Below, one piece after another: positions 16,034-31,070 of a stretch of DNA of 64,000 nt. The stretch lies in NCBI RefSeq assembly GCF_009914755.1, contig NC_060925.1. The stretch is one strand, 5' to 3'. The stretch comes from the human T2T-CHM13v2.0 reference genome, Homo sapiens. A program made the translations under genes and the position numbers. Positions within the stretch are counted from its first letter, which is position 1; every line of letters starts with the position of its first letter. The notes under the pieces are model-generated. The model searched no databases, was not told the origin of the DNA, and was given only the letters and a program-made list of their open reading frames with translations.

Positions 16034-16830
16034 TCAATTTAAAGCAGCAAATATTAAGTGCCTTAACAGTTTCTTTTGGAACTTCTAACAAGCAATTTCT
16101 ATCAACTGAGGCAAAAGTCTTAAGTTCCCCCAAACCAATGTCCCATTGGTTACTTTCAACCAAAAAAACTGCCTGGTGGGTTCAGCCTCTCTGGAGGCTG
16201 TCAGTATGCAAAACTTCTTCAATATCTTCAAGCAGTAAAGGGAAACACAGCCATCCTGATGTAATAATGGGATGGATGAGGAAGCTATAAATTTCTTTGG
16301 ATTTACGATTTGGCTGTCTCCTTCACCTCCATCTGTGCCAAACCATACGGGGACGCTCCTGATTAATCATCTGTGGAAAAAGTACATTACTGCAAGGTGC
16401 ATGTTCTCACGCAAGTGCTTTCAACCAGACCCTGGGAAGTTGGTGAGAGGCTTTCGGGACAGGAGCTTCACAGAGGACATCATGTATTTGGCCTCTCCTG
16501 TACCTCACTGCTGTCTAAAACTGGAATGGAAAGAAATGCTTTCAGGATCAGGGAGAATAGAAAAGTGATGCCGGCTTGAGTGTAAACCTCAGTGTGTGGC
16601 TGGGCAGCTGTCAAGAAAGCCACCTGAACAGGTGACTTGGGGGTGACACCTCATCTGGTCTGTCCTGAGAGAATTTAACCAGCCACCAGGGGTAGGCTGA
16701 TGTCATGGAAAGAGGCGGGCTTTGGAGGAACGCTGGTTCACATTCCGGTTCTGCCACTTGGTGTGTGAACCTCAGCAAGGTTTCAGTTTCCTTTTCTAAA
16801 AAGGACAGAACCCCTATTCTAGAGAGTGAT

Positions 16831-17371
16831 TGTGGTAGTGAGCTTCTAAATTAGCTCCCATCCTGGAATTCATGCCCTTATATAATCTCTGCCACTTGGG
16901 TGTGAGCTGGACCTAGTGACTCACCTCTGATGAAAAGAATATGGCAAATATGATGGGACGCCGCTTCTAAGACTCAGACATAAGACTATGACTTATATCT
17001 TGCTTGCATTCCCTCTTGGCCCTTTCCCCCTGCTGCTCTGATGAACAGGCTACCTTGCTGTGAGCTGTCCAATGGAGAGGACCATGTGGCAAAGAACTAA
17101 GCACCGCCTCCAGCCAACAGCCCACAAGGAGCTGAATCCTCCCAACAACCCCATGAAGGAGCTCAGAAACAGATCCTCCCCCAAGTCGAGGCTTAAGACG
17201 ATATAGCACAAGCAACCCTTTGATTGCAGCTTACGAGAGACCCTGAGACAGAGGATCCAGCTATGCTACATGCAAATTCCTGAGTCACAGAAACTTTGAG
17301 ATAATAAGTGGCTATTGTTTGAAACCACTAAGTTTGGGGATAATTTGTTATGCAGCAATAGATAACTAATA
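16831..17371 (+). mobile_element. MaLR solo LTR (MLT1F/G-like)
   Basis: Ends aagtttggggataatttgttatgcagcaatagataactaatac. Confidence 0.85.
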
Positions 17372-18964
17372 CGGTAACGTTGAGAATTTAATAAGGTACC
17401 ATGTGCCATAGCTAGTCCATACATGCATGGTAGCTGTTATCATTAGCAGGAGATGGACTAACTGCCTTCCAATTCATTTGTAGAAAGATGGTGGCATGGA
17501 GGCTGGGAAAGGGAAGGAGATGGCATTTTCCAGGAAATCACAAACTAAGCAGAAACTCAAAAGAAAAATACAACCAAGTGCCAACTATTTTTTGACAGGT
17601 GATCATCTCTCTTCTCCATAGTCCCAAAATATTTCCTTTGTGCCATGATTATAGAACCAGCATGGCTGGCCAGATACTATGCCATTGTCCCTTTCTCCCT
17701 TCTCCTGTCCTCAAAGGTAGGGGTCATGCCTTCATTTTCTCACTCCATCACAGTGTCAAACACCATCCTTTGCTGATGAGAATAATGTGTAATTGTTCTT
17801 TTTCCCATTCTAAAAAATTCAGTAAATTTTTCTTCCATTCTATTTCCTACTGGAATTCTCCTCTTCTCAAAGTCCATTTCACAGGCATCCCTCTCTCCAC
17901 GGTCTCCCCAACCTGTAGCTCTCCTTCAAGATTATTTACTCCTGTGCTGCTCTGCACTACTGTTATCCAGCTGTTTATTAGAATTAGTGAATTAATGTGT
18001 TGCAGTCATCTCTCCCTCTAGCTGACAGCCTCCAGAACAGCAGGGACAATCTGTCTTATTCATTCTTGGGAGCTACAGTGGCCACTCCAAGTTTGAAGTA
18101 GGTTCTCAGAACCAGTGACTGGAGGAATAAATTATTTCAAACCGTTCTCTGAGATTCGAGTAAACAAACCTCTGAGGACAAAATGAGGGGGAAAAGCTCA
18201 GAGGACAGGTCACAAATTGCAACAGACTTTTTCAAACCCACTAGGGGCCATCAAGTCCCTTCCAAGCCAACCAAGTTTAAGAACCTGTGGGATCTTGCAG
18301 GTTTCTTTTCCAAGCCTGTTGTAGCTCCCTCCTGGCACCATTCCCAAGGCAAAGAAAATGGAGCTGTTAACATTGCCCCTACAATGAAAGGAAGACCAGG
18401 TTAGAGAACACAAAGATACATTGTTAGAAACATAATTCAAGAGGGTACAACGAATAAGAACTTCTGGAATTCATTACCAAAGTCAAAGCCCAACCCATGT
18501 TCCCCTGACCCCTTCCCTGGCTCCAGTACACAATTAATTAGAACCCTAGTCCAACAGGAATTGCACCTCCACACAGAACATGGTTTTGTGCTAAGAAGAG
18601 CAAAGCCTCTGGTGATTTCGTGGTTCTCCCAACTTCATTCTTTTGCAACAAGACAGGGGCAGCCAAAGATGCCATAAACCGGTGGGGAGGGGGAGTGCCA
18701 GGGATGAGGCTTGACAGCATTACGGCCATTAATGAAGATGAAGTGGGGCAATAACTCCTGAGAACTTGCTCACCAGAATTCCCGCTGCCTTAGCAACTCC
18801 TCCTTCCTGAGGGTCATCTCTTTAGTTGCAGCTGGCCCAGCCCGGGGCTGAGGGAGGACTCTGTGACTCAGTTCCTGGACATAGGACGTAGGCCCTGGAG
18901 GCACCAAGTAAACCACAGATAGGCCTGAGCCCGGGCCTTGCTGCTTTAGATGCCCTCATTCTGA

Positions 18965-19900
18965 AGCATTGGTCAGCATCCACCTGGTGGCAACTGGTAA
19001 GAATAACCCACTCAAGCTGGTGACCGGTCATCACTTGCCTGCTTGGCAGTGGTTACTCAGCATCTACCTGCTTGATGGTGGCTGGTCAACATTTGTCTGC
19101 TTGATGGTGATTGGTCAGGACATAACTTCTTGGCTAGGACCTACCTACCGGGCAGTGGTTGGTCAGTACCAACCTACTTGGCAGTGGCTCATCAGTACCC
19201 ATGCCTACTTGGTAGTGGTCAGTACCTGCCTGCCTGGTGGTGGGTGGTCAGCACCTGCCTGCCTGGTGGTGCTCGGTCAGCACCTGCCTGCTGGTGGTGT
19301 GTGGTCAGCACCTGCCTGCCTGGTGGTGCTTGGTCAGCGCCGGCCTGCCTGGTGGTGCTTGGTCAGCACCTGCTGCCTGGTGGTGCTTGGTCAGCTCCTG
19401 CCTGCCTGGTGGTGGGTGGTCAGCACCTGCCTGCCTGGTGGTGGGTGGTCAGCACCTGCCTGCCTGATGGTTCTTGGTCAGCTCCTGCCTGCCTGGTGGT
19501 GCTTGGTCAGCTCCTGCCTGCCTGGTGGTGCTTGGTCAGTGCCTGCCTGCCTGGTGGTGCTTGGTCAGTACCTGCCTGCCTTGTGGTGCTTAGTCAGTAC
19601 CTGCCTGCCTGATGGTGCTTGGTCAGCTCCCGCCTGCCTGGTGGTACTTAGTCAGTACCTGCCTGCCTGGTAGTGGTTGGTCAGCACCTGCTGCCTGGTG
19701 GTGCTTTGTCAGCTCCTGCTGCCTGGTGGTGCTTAGTTAGTACCTGCCTGCCTGGTGGTGGTTGGTCAGCACCTGCTGCCTGGTGGTGCTTGGTCAGCTC
19801 CTGCCTGCCTGGTGGTGGGTGGTAAGCACCTGCCTCCCTGATGGTGCTTGGTCAGCACCTTCCTGTTTGGTGCTCAGCACTCGTCTGGTGGACCCAGTTG
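18965..19900. repeat. GC-rich minisatellite, 29-bp unit
   Basis: Unit ~CCTGCCTGCCTGGTGGTGCTTGGTCAGCA; ~22 homogeneous units at ~19225-19865 plus ~9 decayed units upstream. Confidence 0.95.
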
Positions 19901-20249
19901 GCCAGTGCTGTCCATGAGCAGGCCTATGAATTAAGTGAGGACACTTATCATGGAGATCTAGGTCTGGAAGAAGGGTGGGGCAAAAGAAGAAAGGAACATT
20001 CATTCCATACTTTACATTTCATGGGCATTTTATCACTTTTTTTTCTTTGGCTCTTTACCAAAACTCTATCAAATACATGCAGCCAGCCCACATTTACAAA
20101 GACATTCATTCATTTATTTAACAGGTGTTTGGGGAGCACCTATTCTGGGCCCAACTCTTGGGAAGTTCTGGGGAGAGATGAATAAAATGCAACACTTGCT
20201 CTCAAAATGCACAGACTCCAATAGAGACAAGGACATCATCGTGCCTATC

Positions 20250-20490
20250 CTAATAACAGCTAACATTACTGTGCACTTCTACACACAGGGCACTCTTCTG
20301 AGCACTTCATGGCCAATAGTTCATTTAATCCTCACAAAAACTCATTGAGATAAATACTATTATCTCCATTTTACAGATAAGAATACTGAGACCCACAAAG
20401 TTAAACTAAATTCCCCAGGTTCTCACAGCTAACAAATGGCGGTGGTAGAATTTGAACCCAGGAGGACTGGTCTAAAGCCTACACCCTTGG
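20250..20490 (-). mobile_element. MIR
   Basis: tcatttaatcctcac...ccattttacagataagaatactgag...gaatttgaacccagg. Confidence 0.85.
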
Positions 20491-22406
20491 GCCTTATAGT
20501 CTAGCCATCTAGATAATCAAGGCCAGTGTGACACGTTGAATAAACTTAGAAATGTCCACCTTGTTATTGTGAAGAAGACTAGGTATGTCAGGAGAGAGGA
20601 GAATCTGGGAGAGGAGCTAATTTAAACAAGGCCTCTCCAGAGCCCAAAAGACTCCTATCACTTCCATCTTTAAGGCTTTGGTATGTTAAAATAAATACAT
20701 AATGTCAAAGTTATAAAATTTTGGTGTATTTTAAATGTTTATATTTAACAAATGATTTTGATGCATATGTGATATAATGCAATTATATCACATAATTGAT
20801 ATATCACATAATTGCATAATTGTCATTGTGATATTCACAAAAAATTCCAAGATTACAATAACATATTGATTCAGTGTGCATTTCAGGTGTGATGGTCCTA
20901 TAACAGAGAACAGACCACATTCCAAGAAAACATACTCCTCTTTCAGTCCTGTCAATGTATTTCTGTGACTGGGTGAAAGTTTTCACTTGGAGGTAATGTC
21001 AAAAATTTACATTTCTTGTCCTCTGTGATTGATGGTCTGGGAGAGAAATGGCCTTCCAGGTCTCCTTTGACTGGCCTTGACTTTCAGCAATGTCATGAAG
21101 TCCAAGAGGCAATGCAGTGCACAGCAGCACTGCATGGATTCAAGTCTCAGTTCTGTTGCTTACTAGCTGTGTGATTTTGGGCAGGCCATTTAAATGATCT
21201 TTGCCTCAGTTCCCCATTCATGAAACAGAGATAATAATATTATCTACCTTCTAGGTTTGCTGTATTAAATATGTGATTAGTATAGAATGAGATGTACACG
21301 CAAATTTATTACTCAAACACCTATTATCCTACCCTGAGCCATGTCCCATGCATGGCCTTAGGAGGTACAAAGATAAGTACAACAAGAGATCAGCGCTAGA
21401 GCAATGGTACAGTCTAGTAGGAAGTCAGACTATGCAATGTGTTCCTTTGGAGCCGCTGATCCTAACCCTACCTGTGAGACTATCTGTTGGATGGCAGAAT
21501 CTGAGCTCCAATCTGGCTGCTCCCCAACTCAGAGTGAGGTGAGTGGAAAAGAGTAGGAAGTCACCATGTGAGTAGGATCACCACACCACATAATATGCCA
21601 CGTAACTCGGAACTCAGGCCCTACTAGTGAGCTGCTCTGACACTTTCTAATTGCTTCAAAGGCCTGATGCATTTGGCTTATAGACTGTTCTCACTCCTTA
21701 AAATTATATACAATCCCATATTCTACCTTGGAATTAAATTTAACAGCAAATTTTTTAAAGCCACACTTTTTATCAATTGCAGGAAATTTGGGGAGGAAAA
21801 AAAACCAAATGGAGAAAATCGAAATCACCCATCACCCCACCACCCAGAGGCAACCACTGTTCACTTCCTTCCAATCCTTTCTGTATACATTTTTAACACA
21901 GTTGAGATCATACTGTATAATCAATTTTGTATCTTGCTTTTCAGAAATGTGAATTTAAAAGTCAAGCACCCAAGAACCCCAGCTATCTCATCAACACTTC
22001 AGATGCCTCAGAAACACATTGGAATTTTTAAAAATTGATTCTGCGAATCTCCCCCTTCCACTTCTCTTCTGACCACGTGGGGTTCGCAGCAGAATACACA
22101 CGATATAGACACATTCCCTGAAGTGTAATAGATTTGAATTGCACACAAGTTGGAGAATGAATGTCTAAATAATTAGGAGGTTAATTAATCTAAAATATTG
22201 GAGGATGAAAGAAATTTGAAGCTACAGATTCGACAGAGGTCTTCACAACTGTCTTGCTAATGAAAATAGAGGGAAGTAGGAGACTGAGGCAATTGAGGAT
22301 GGTTCAGAGCCTGCTGGCCACAGTTGACCACGCCCAATGTGCATCTGGCTCTTTCCAACCTGTTGACTTGTCTATATGGTTCTTGTGATCAAGAGTCCTC
22401 CTGGCA

Positions 22407-22713
22407 ACCGGGTGCGGTGGTTCATGCCTGTAATCCCAGCACTTTGGGAGGCCGAGGTGGGCAAATTACCTGAGGTCACGAGTTCGAGACCAGCCTGGCC
22501 AACATAGTGAAACCCCATCTGTACTAAAAATACAAAAAAAATTATCCGGGCACGGTGGTGTGTGCCTATAATCCCATCTATTCAGGAGGCTGAGGCATTA
22601 GAATCGCTGGAACCCGGGAGGCGGAGGTTGCAGTGAGCAGAGATCATTTCACTGTATTCTAGCCTAGGTGACAGAGCAAGACTCTATCTCAAAAATAAAA
22701 TTACATTAAAAAA
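22407..22713 (+). mobile_element. AluS
   Basis: Full Alu with degenerate TSD. Confidence 0.92.
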
Positions 22714-22759
22714 ATAGAGGCCTCTCCCCTGGCATCTCATGCAGAAATGTTAAGAAAGA

Positions 22760-22975
22760 GGCTAAGTGTTCAGCTGCTCTAGCCAGTCAATCTAGGTTCC
22801 AATTCAGGCATTGCTGCCTATTAATTTTTTGACCGTGGGCAAGTTATTTCATCTCTCTGAACCTCAGTCTTCTCATCTATAAACAGGGATGATATTAATA
22901 GCGCCTATCTCATAGTGTTGTAATGATTAATTCAGCTCATATACTTAAAAGATTCCAAACACATAGTAAAATCTT
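22760..22975 (+). mobile_element. MIR
   Basis: gggcaagttatttcatctctctgaacctcagtcttctcatctataaacaggg. Confidence 0.8.
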
Positions 22976-23019
22976 AGTAAATCTTAGTTCTTACTAGCTG
23001 GGAAGCAATGTATTCTAGA

Positions 23020-23362
23020 GCAATGGCTTTCTCATATTTTTTGACTATGACTGCAGTAAGAAATATAGCTTACATCATGACCCAGTACATAAAAATATAC
23101 ATGTCATTGTTGTGTATATGTATATACACATGTGTACATAAACATACACACACACACACACACAAACACACATATATATTTCATTAAATGCTAGTTATCC
23201 TTGCCTATGTAATGCAGTCATATTTTCCATTTTAGCCTATTTCACTTTTTATCTTTTGAAGGCACACGATCAGATCTATGTCATCTTTGAAAGTACTAGC
23301 TGCAACTCACTAAACGGATTTCATGACTCACTACTGAGTCTCAGTCAGCAGTTCAAAAGATT
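23020..23362. mobile_element. hAT-Charlie DNA transposon relic (MER119-like) with (CA)n
   Basis: ttttttgactatgactgcagtaagaaatatagcttacatcatgacccagtac resembles recalled consensus. Confidence 0.5.
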
Positions 23363-24717
23363 CTGGCCTAATGGAAAGCATATAGATCTTGGTGCAAGAA
23401 AAACCTCGGGTCCAGTCTCAGCTCTGCCACTTTTTACTTGTGTAACCACAGGTGGAGTTTTATTGTTGGTTGAATCTGATCTTCAGTTTCCTCATCTGTA
23501 AAATGAAGATAGTGTTCATCTTACTGGATTATAACATGGCCTAGGACCAGGCACTTAGTAGGTACTCAGTAAGTTGTAGCTTTCGTGATTTATCTGCTTC
23601 TCTATGCAGATGAGACTCTGAGACAATCTTGCCTCCATTACCAATGCCTTTGGGACCTCCAAATGCAATTACCACGAGGCCCTTTGTCTCAGGACTTGGT
23701 ATGGAAGCAGCTTCGAGGTCTGTGATGCCTTCGCTTAACAGCATGCTTCCAAGTCCTGCTATTTGGATTTGATTTTTTAAAGTACTTCCTTTATTTTAAT
23801 TCAGACCCCAGGGACCTGGAGAGTACACCGCTGCTTTTTCCCAATAAAAATCAGACCAGCAATAAGTATATTGCATCTGAAATGGTGAAGCTGGGCGCGC
23901 CTTCAAAGGGCACGCATTAGGACTTGGCTCACTCCCAGCCTGGGTTAGAGCATCAATTTCCCTGGAGGAAATGGGAAGTCCTGCCACAGTCTTGCAGGCT
24001 GGTCGGCTGTAAGAAAACTTGGCTTTAACCAACTGCTTTATGACGGGGCCAGTGAGGCACTAAGAGGAGAAAGAAATTGTCTGAGTTACACAGCGTATGA
24101 GTGGCAAATTGGGACTTAACGCCCTACAACTTATACCTCATCTTGGAAATCTGAACAAGAAGGAATTATCCAAGAGGGTCAGCCCTCTTGGTCTCCCGCG
24201 CCTGGCTGTAAGAGAGCTCCTCTTTGCTAAACAGGACTTAGTTATCAGAGGCATTTTCATTCCTGGGGAGGACAATTTCAAGACTGATAATCTTACAAAA
24301 ACAATTTCAGTAGTTAAAAATTTTTTTAAATATGTATCACTCACTAGATGCCAGGCATCATTTTAACTGTTTAACACATCTTCATTCATTAATTTTCTCA
24401 GCCCTATGAGATAAATCCTATTATCCCTGGTTTTAGGAGTATATTAGAAAAACAGAGGCACAAGGGGATGAAGTGATTTGCCCAAATTCCCATAACTAGG
24501 AAGCAACAGATCTGAGATTTGAACCCAGGTAGTCTGACTCGGGTCTGTAACCTTAAATGCCACAGCCCCCTGGGACTAGCATGAGTAGCTAACGCAAGGT
24601 CAGGCTACAATGGCCTGTGCAGCTCTCTACCTGTGCCCGGAGCTGTCTTTTCTAGAAGCTGCAAGGACAAAAATTGTGAAAGACCCTCCATTCTGAAACA
24701 GTACAAGGGCCAAATAA

Positions 24718-25126
<409 letters not shown>

Positions 25127-25333
25127 AAACACGTATTTTCTAAAGACCATGCCAGGCACATGGCTGGGCTCTGAGGACTCAAAGATGCACACAATCTCTG
25201 CCCTAAAATAGGTAACAACCTAAGAACCAAAAGGTTGGTAATGACCCTTTTGAAGCTCTTGCTGTGGGTCAAACATGGTGTTCAGGGCTTCCTACACACA
25301 ACATCATTGTCTCCTCCTATTGAGCCTGACATT

Positions 25334-25693
25334 TGCTATGGTTTGAATGTCGCCTCCAAAACTCAGGTTGAAATGTAATTGCCATTATTATGATGTTCAG
25401 AGGTAGGACCTTTAAGAGATTAGGTCATGAGGGCTTTGCCATCATGAATGGACTAATGCCGTTATCGAGGGAGTGGGCCAGTTATCTCAGGAGTCCAGCC
25501 CCTTTTTCTCTCCCGAGCATGCTCTCTTGCCATATGATGCCTTCTGCCATGTTATGGTGCAGCAAGAAGGCAGATGTGGCCCCTCAATCTTGGACTTCTC
25601 AGCCACCAGAACTGTGAACCAAATAAATTATATTCTTTGTAAATAATCCAGTCTCTGGTGTTCTGTTATAGCAGCAGAAAATGGATCAAGGCA
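25334..25693 (+). mobile_element. MaLR solo LTR (MSTB-like)
   Basis: tgctatggtttgaatgtc...gttctgttatagcagcagaaaatggatcaaggca. Confidence 0.88.
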
Positions 25694-25839
25694 ATATTAA
25701 CACCCCTTTTTGTAACTGAAGTCAAAGTGGGTGAAACTAGGATTTAAACCTAGGTTTGCCTGACTCCAAAGCTTTTATTCTCAACCACAAAATCATACCC
25801 AGTTCCCACCCCAGGGAGTAGAAATCAGCTAAGTGGATA

Positions 25840-26357
25840 TTGTAGTTACTACCCCAACATCCAGCCCACCCATCCTCTATTGTAAAATAGCCTGTGATGT
25901 GGCTGGGAGAGTTCTTGGTCTAAATGAATCTAGAATATGTCATTCCCTTCCATGGTGATTGGTTCATAAACCAGATTTAAGCCAGTTAGTATATGGCATG
26001 AACACATGCACATGAGTTGATCTGGAGTAATCTAATCAGAGAGAAGCTCTGGCCTATCTTCTGATCATTGCAGGAAGGGTTATTGTTTCTTTCATTGTAA
26101 ATGTGCGTGGTAAGCACGAAGCCCCAGTTGCTGTTGGCCACCATCTTGCAACCAATTAGAAAGCCAGATTGAGGACGGAGCCAGCTCTTAGAAGAGTACA
26201 GAGGGGAGACCAGAGCTAAGAAACAGAGGCAGAGCCCTGAAAACAATGCCTGAAGCTTACATGACCTACTTCTCAATTTATTTATGTGAGTCAAGGTGTC
26301 CTCTTTGATGTTTAAGTCAGTTTACTTACTTGCAAATGAGAACATCCTAACTAATAT
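25840..26357 (+). mobile_element. Old MaLR LTR (MLT1J/K-like)
   Basis: ggccaccatcttgcaacc...ttacttgcaaatgagaacatcctaactaata. Confidence 0.6.
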
Positions 26358-26439
26358 ATAAGGTGTTTGGGAGAGATTGAGATTTATGAAGTTCACAGTC
26401 ATCATCCTAAACTTCTCATCTATTTGCCAAGTAAATACA

Positions 26440-27515
<1,076 letters not shown>

Positions 27516-27518
27516 ATA

Positions 27519-27865
27519 CAGGTTGAGTATCCCAATGCAAAAATACAAAATTTGAAATACTCTAAAACCTGAAACTGTTTGAGCACTGAGAGATGCCACA
27601 AATGGAAAATTTCACACCCAATCTCATGTGATGGGTCATAGTCAAAATGCATTGTCTCATACACAAAATTATTAAAAATATTGCATAAAATTACCTTCAG
27701 GCTATGTGTGTAAGGTGTATATGAAACATAAATGAATTTTGTGTTTAGACTTAGGTCCCCTACCCAAGATATCTCATGTACATGTAAATATTCCAAAATC
27801 TGAAAAAATCTGAAATCTGAAACCTTTCTGGTCCTAAGCATCTCCAACAAGGGACACTCAACCTG
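27519..27865. mobile_element. Tigger4/MER46-like Tc1-mariner MITE
   Basis: Terminal inverted repeats caggttgagtatccc ... gggacactcaacctg flanked by TA. Confidence 0.88.
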
Positions 27866-27879
27866 TATTTATTGTATGT

Positions 27880-28040
27880 TTTATATATATATATAATGTG
27901 AATGTATGTTATACATATATAATATTAATATTATGTATAAATTAATTAATATATAATTAATTAATATAATTAATATATAATATATAATGTTAATGTACAT
28001 TATACATATATAATATTAATGTATGTTATATATATAAATG
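27880..28040. repeat. AT-rich low-complexity region
   Basis: Almost pure A/T with ATTAATTAAT motifs and an internal ~41-bp direct repeat. Confidence 0.9.
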
Positions 28041-28906
28041 ATAAAAAATATTTTATCTCTGTTTAAAATTGGAAGCATCTAAAAACAGAAAGCATTATTC
28101 TAAAAGTGTTTTTTACAATTTAAAAAAACCTACTCCTGTAATAATGAATGAACAGGTTACTGCGGTGTGTGGAAACCCGTGCTGGTGTGATCTGTAGCCT
28201 GGAAGTATCAGGCTTGCTGAACAGGGTGGGGCTGATCCCCACAGAGGATGGGAAATGACCCTATCAGAGGCCATGTCATGTTGTGAGACACTTGTCTCAT
28301 GGGAGGAAGGTCACTCGCCACCCTGCTGAACGAGCTTCAGGTGCCCAGAGCAAAAGGGAATCTGGAAGGAAAAGTGCAGCAAGAGTGAGGAGTGTTAGCT
28401 CTGAAGCTTTTCAAAAGAGCTGCAGTTTCTCAAAAGTTGTTACACTAAATCCTAATGACAAATGATTTTTGTCATAACTCCATCCATAGATCAGAAAAGA
28501 TTTCCTGATAAATATAAATGTAATATACATTTTTATAATTACATAATACTTTTAAGATATTTTGCTAATTCTCAGTGTGAAAATTCATAAAGAAAATGCC
28601 ATATTGTGTTTGCATCACTGAATGGATAGGTTTTATGTAAGTTTATTTTTTTCCATTTTCTGGTAAAAAGCGACATTTTTGACAAATACAATATGATGCC
28701 ATTTGTAATGTATACATCAATAGATTCACAGGACATATTTACATTAAATTTTTTTACCTTTTATGGTTTCTTACCACATACTACATATCATAGCTTCCAT
28801 TTTAATGTAATTTTCCATCATTGTATTCCTTTGAAGTTAAAAATCTAAATCTCAGAAATATTGTTAATGTAAAATAAGTCAGAATTTAGACCTTCTAGGT
28901 ATCTGA

Positions 28907-28908
<2 letters not shown>

Positions 28909-28948
<40 letters not shown>
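28909..28948. repeat. (TG)20 microsatellite
   Basis: Direct read. Confidence 0.97.
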
Positions 28949-28950
<2 letters not shown>

Positions 28951-29989
28951 CATGCATGTCAAAATATTAGCAATGGCTGTCCGTGGGTGGTTGGATTATG
29001 GGTAATTTACATTATTATTTTTTTCTTTTTTTGACTTGCCAGCATTTTCTAATATTTTTTATGCTGTTAATACTAGGAGTAAAAATTCAGGTTAACATAC
29101 TCAGATATTTATGAAATGTTACTTTCTTTATCTTTTTCCTGTGAGTTTAACTCCTGCTTCTAGCTGCTCTTCCTCTTTGTGGCAGAAAATCTTATTCAAA
29201 TCAGAGTCTCCACTCTCATTTTCCCAGGTTCTCTCAGGGCTTACAAAGTACTAAGCCACGAGAGGGCAAGAGTCCTCTGCTTTACCCACACTGGTCACTG
29301 CTACACAACCCTTGCCTAGACCACACTCCCCTCCAGGACTGGCTCCCTGCAGTGTCTTCCACGATGCCCTACTGGACAAGGGAGATCTCCGCAAGGGTCT
29401 CTCAGGCCCCCTCGCCTGTCTCCCCGGGCCGCCACTTCTAGTCAACTGCTCCCTTCATGCAGGAAAATTCTGTAAGATTTGCCTCCTCCCAGGCTCTGCT
29501 CAGAAGCAAGGCAAGAATCCTCTCTGTTCTTGAATCTCTCAATCTGAAATTGTTGTTACCTCCACCACTCCTAGCACTCAGTCTGTGTGGGACGAAGGGC
29601 AGGGCACCAAGTTCCTTCCACCCCTAGGTCACTTAGCACTTTTGCTTTTTCTCTGTTGCACTCCCCCTTTGTCCCCGAACTGCTTTCATCCAGCAAATTT
29701 TATGTAGTCCCAGAGGAGTGTGTGTGCAGGGATTTAAAAAAAAAAAAAAAGAAACTGGCTCTAAACAATCATGTACGCTTCTAAATCTTTTGTTTGTTTC
29801 TGTAAGTGAAACCTCAAGAATTCGACTTATCTGTTCTCCAATTATTATGTCACATGTCCAATTACGTACACATTTAGTTAATTTAAACAAATAAGTAAAT
29901 TAAAACAGAAAACAGCAAAGTTCGTTCTTGCTCTCCTTTTATCTTGCACGATTATTGTGAGACTCAAGTAAATAACAAATGTGAGCGAT

Positions 29990-30215
29990 AATTCAATACT
30001 GCTCTGCTAATGTATCAGGTAGTATTCTTGGTGCTTTGCCTGTATTAATTTTGCAAATCCTCAAAATAACCCTTAAAGTAGGTACTATTATTATTCTTAC
30101 TTTGTAGATGGATAAACTTTGTAGATGAGCTGAATAGAGATTATGTAATCTGCCCAAGGTCACCCTGCTTACTAGTACCAGAGCCAGGATTCAAATCCAG
30201 GAGTTGGGCTTCAGG
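29990..30215 (-). mobile_element. MIR
   Basis: gtaggtactattattattcttactttgtagatgg...gcccaaggtcacc...gagccaggattcaaatccagg. Confidence 0.8.
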
Positions 30216-30744
30216 GTCCGTACATCTCCAGATTGATAAACTTAAGCTGTTTATGATGCTATGTGCTAATGCGAGGTGAAGCATATTTCCAAAGGTCACC
30301 CAGCTAATTTAACAGGTTCAAACCTGGGACTAGATGCCAGTTCTTCCACTTCCAAGTCCATCTTTTTCTTTTGCATTTCTGATTTTTGAGATTGACAGAG
30401 CTGATGATTTTGCAAACCAAGGCCAAGGTAAAACTCCCCATCACTTCCACACAGGATGTCTGGGACAGCTTTGCTCTGATTTGTGAGTGTAATCCATACT
30501 GGGACTGTCATTGCTTAAGATTCTTAATAGACACGATTGTCAGGTCCAGCTCTCAGGTTCAAAAAGAAAAACTGTTCAAGAACAAGACAGGGAAGGAGAG
30601 ACTTAGCAGCTACAGCCAATGGGAAAATTCTCAGCAGAGATTTTTCACGGTCATGGAGCTGAGAATGAGTCAGCATTCTAGGTGGGGGTTCTCAGATGCT
30701 CCTGGGCTATATTGACACATGTTTCCTGGTGTCTTAAACAGGGA

Positions 30745-31070
30745 TGTGAGGGTCCTGCTCTCATCTGTCACTGGAGCCTAGGCTCATTTTGGGACTCTAT
30801 ACTTCAAGGACGGCACAACCAGCTACAGCCCCTGAGACGGGCTGCAAGTTTGGTGGAAGAGGGTTGGAAGCTGTGTCAAAGGAAGAAGAAAGAAGGATCT
30901 GAACTGGGGCTCTTATGGATGGAAAAGCACACAGTTGAGGGACATGATTGCTGTTTCCAAAACTCTGAAGGGCTGTCACAGGAAAGAGTGAGAAGACTTG
31001 GACCGTGAGGCCTAAAAGCGCAAACCTAGAGTCAAGAAGTGGAAGGGAGAGTGAGAGTGAGAATGGGAAT
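30745..31070 (+). mobile_element. L3/CR1 fragment
   Basis: gagggacatgattgctgtttccaaaactctgaagggctgtcacaggaaagag. Confidence 0.65.

Noticed and set aside
18969-19673. 234-aa, 160-aa and 76-aa repetitive Trp/Cys/Leu-rich ORFs
   Set aside because: A stop-free 29-bp unit shifts frame each copy, so the same peptide appears in all three frames; VNTR artefact
18965-19900. CRISPR-like array
   Set aside because: Units are contiguous with no unique spacers, no cas genes, and the context is primate DNA
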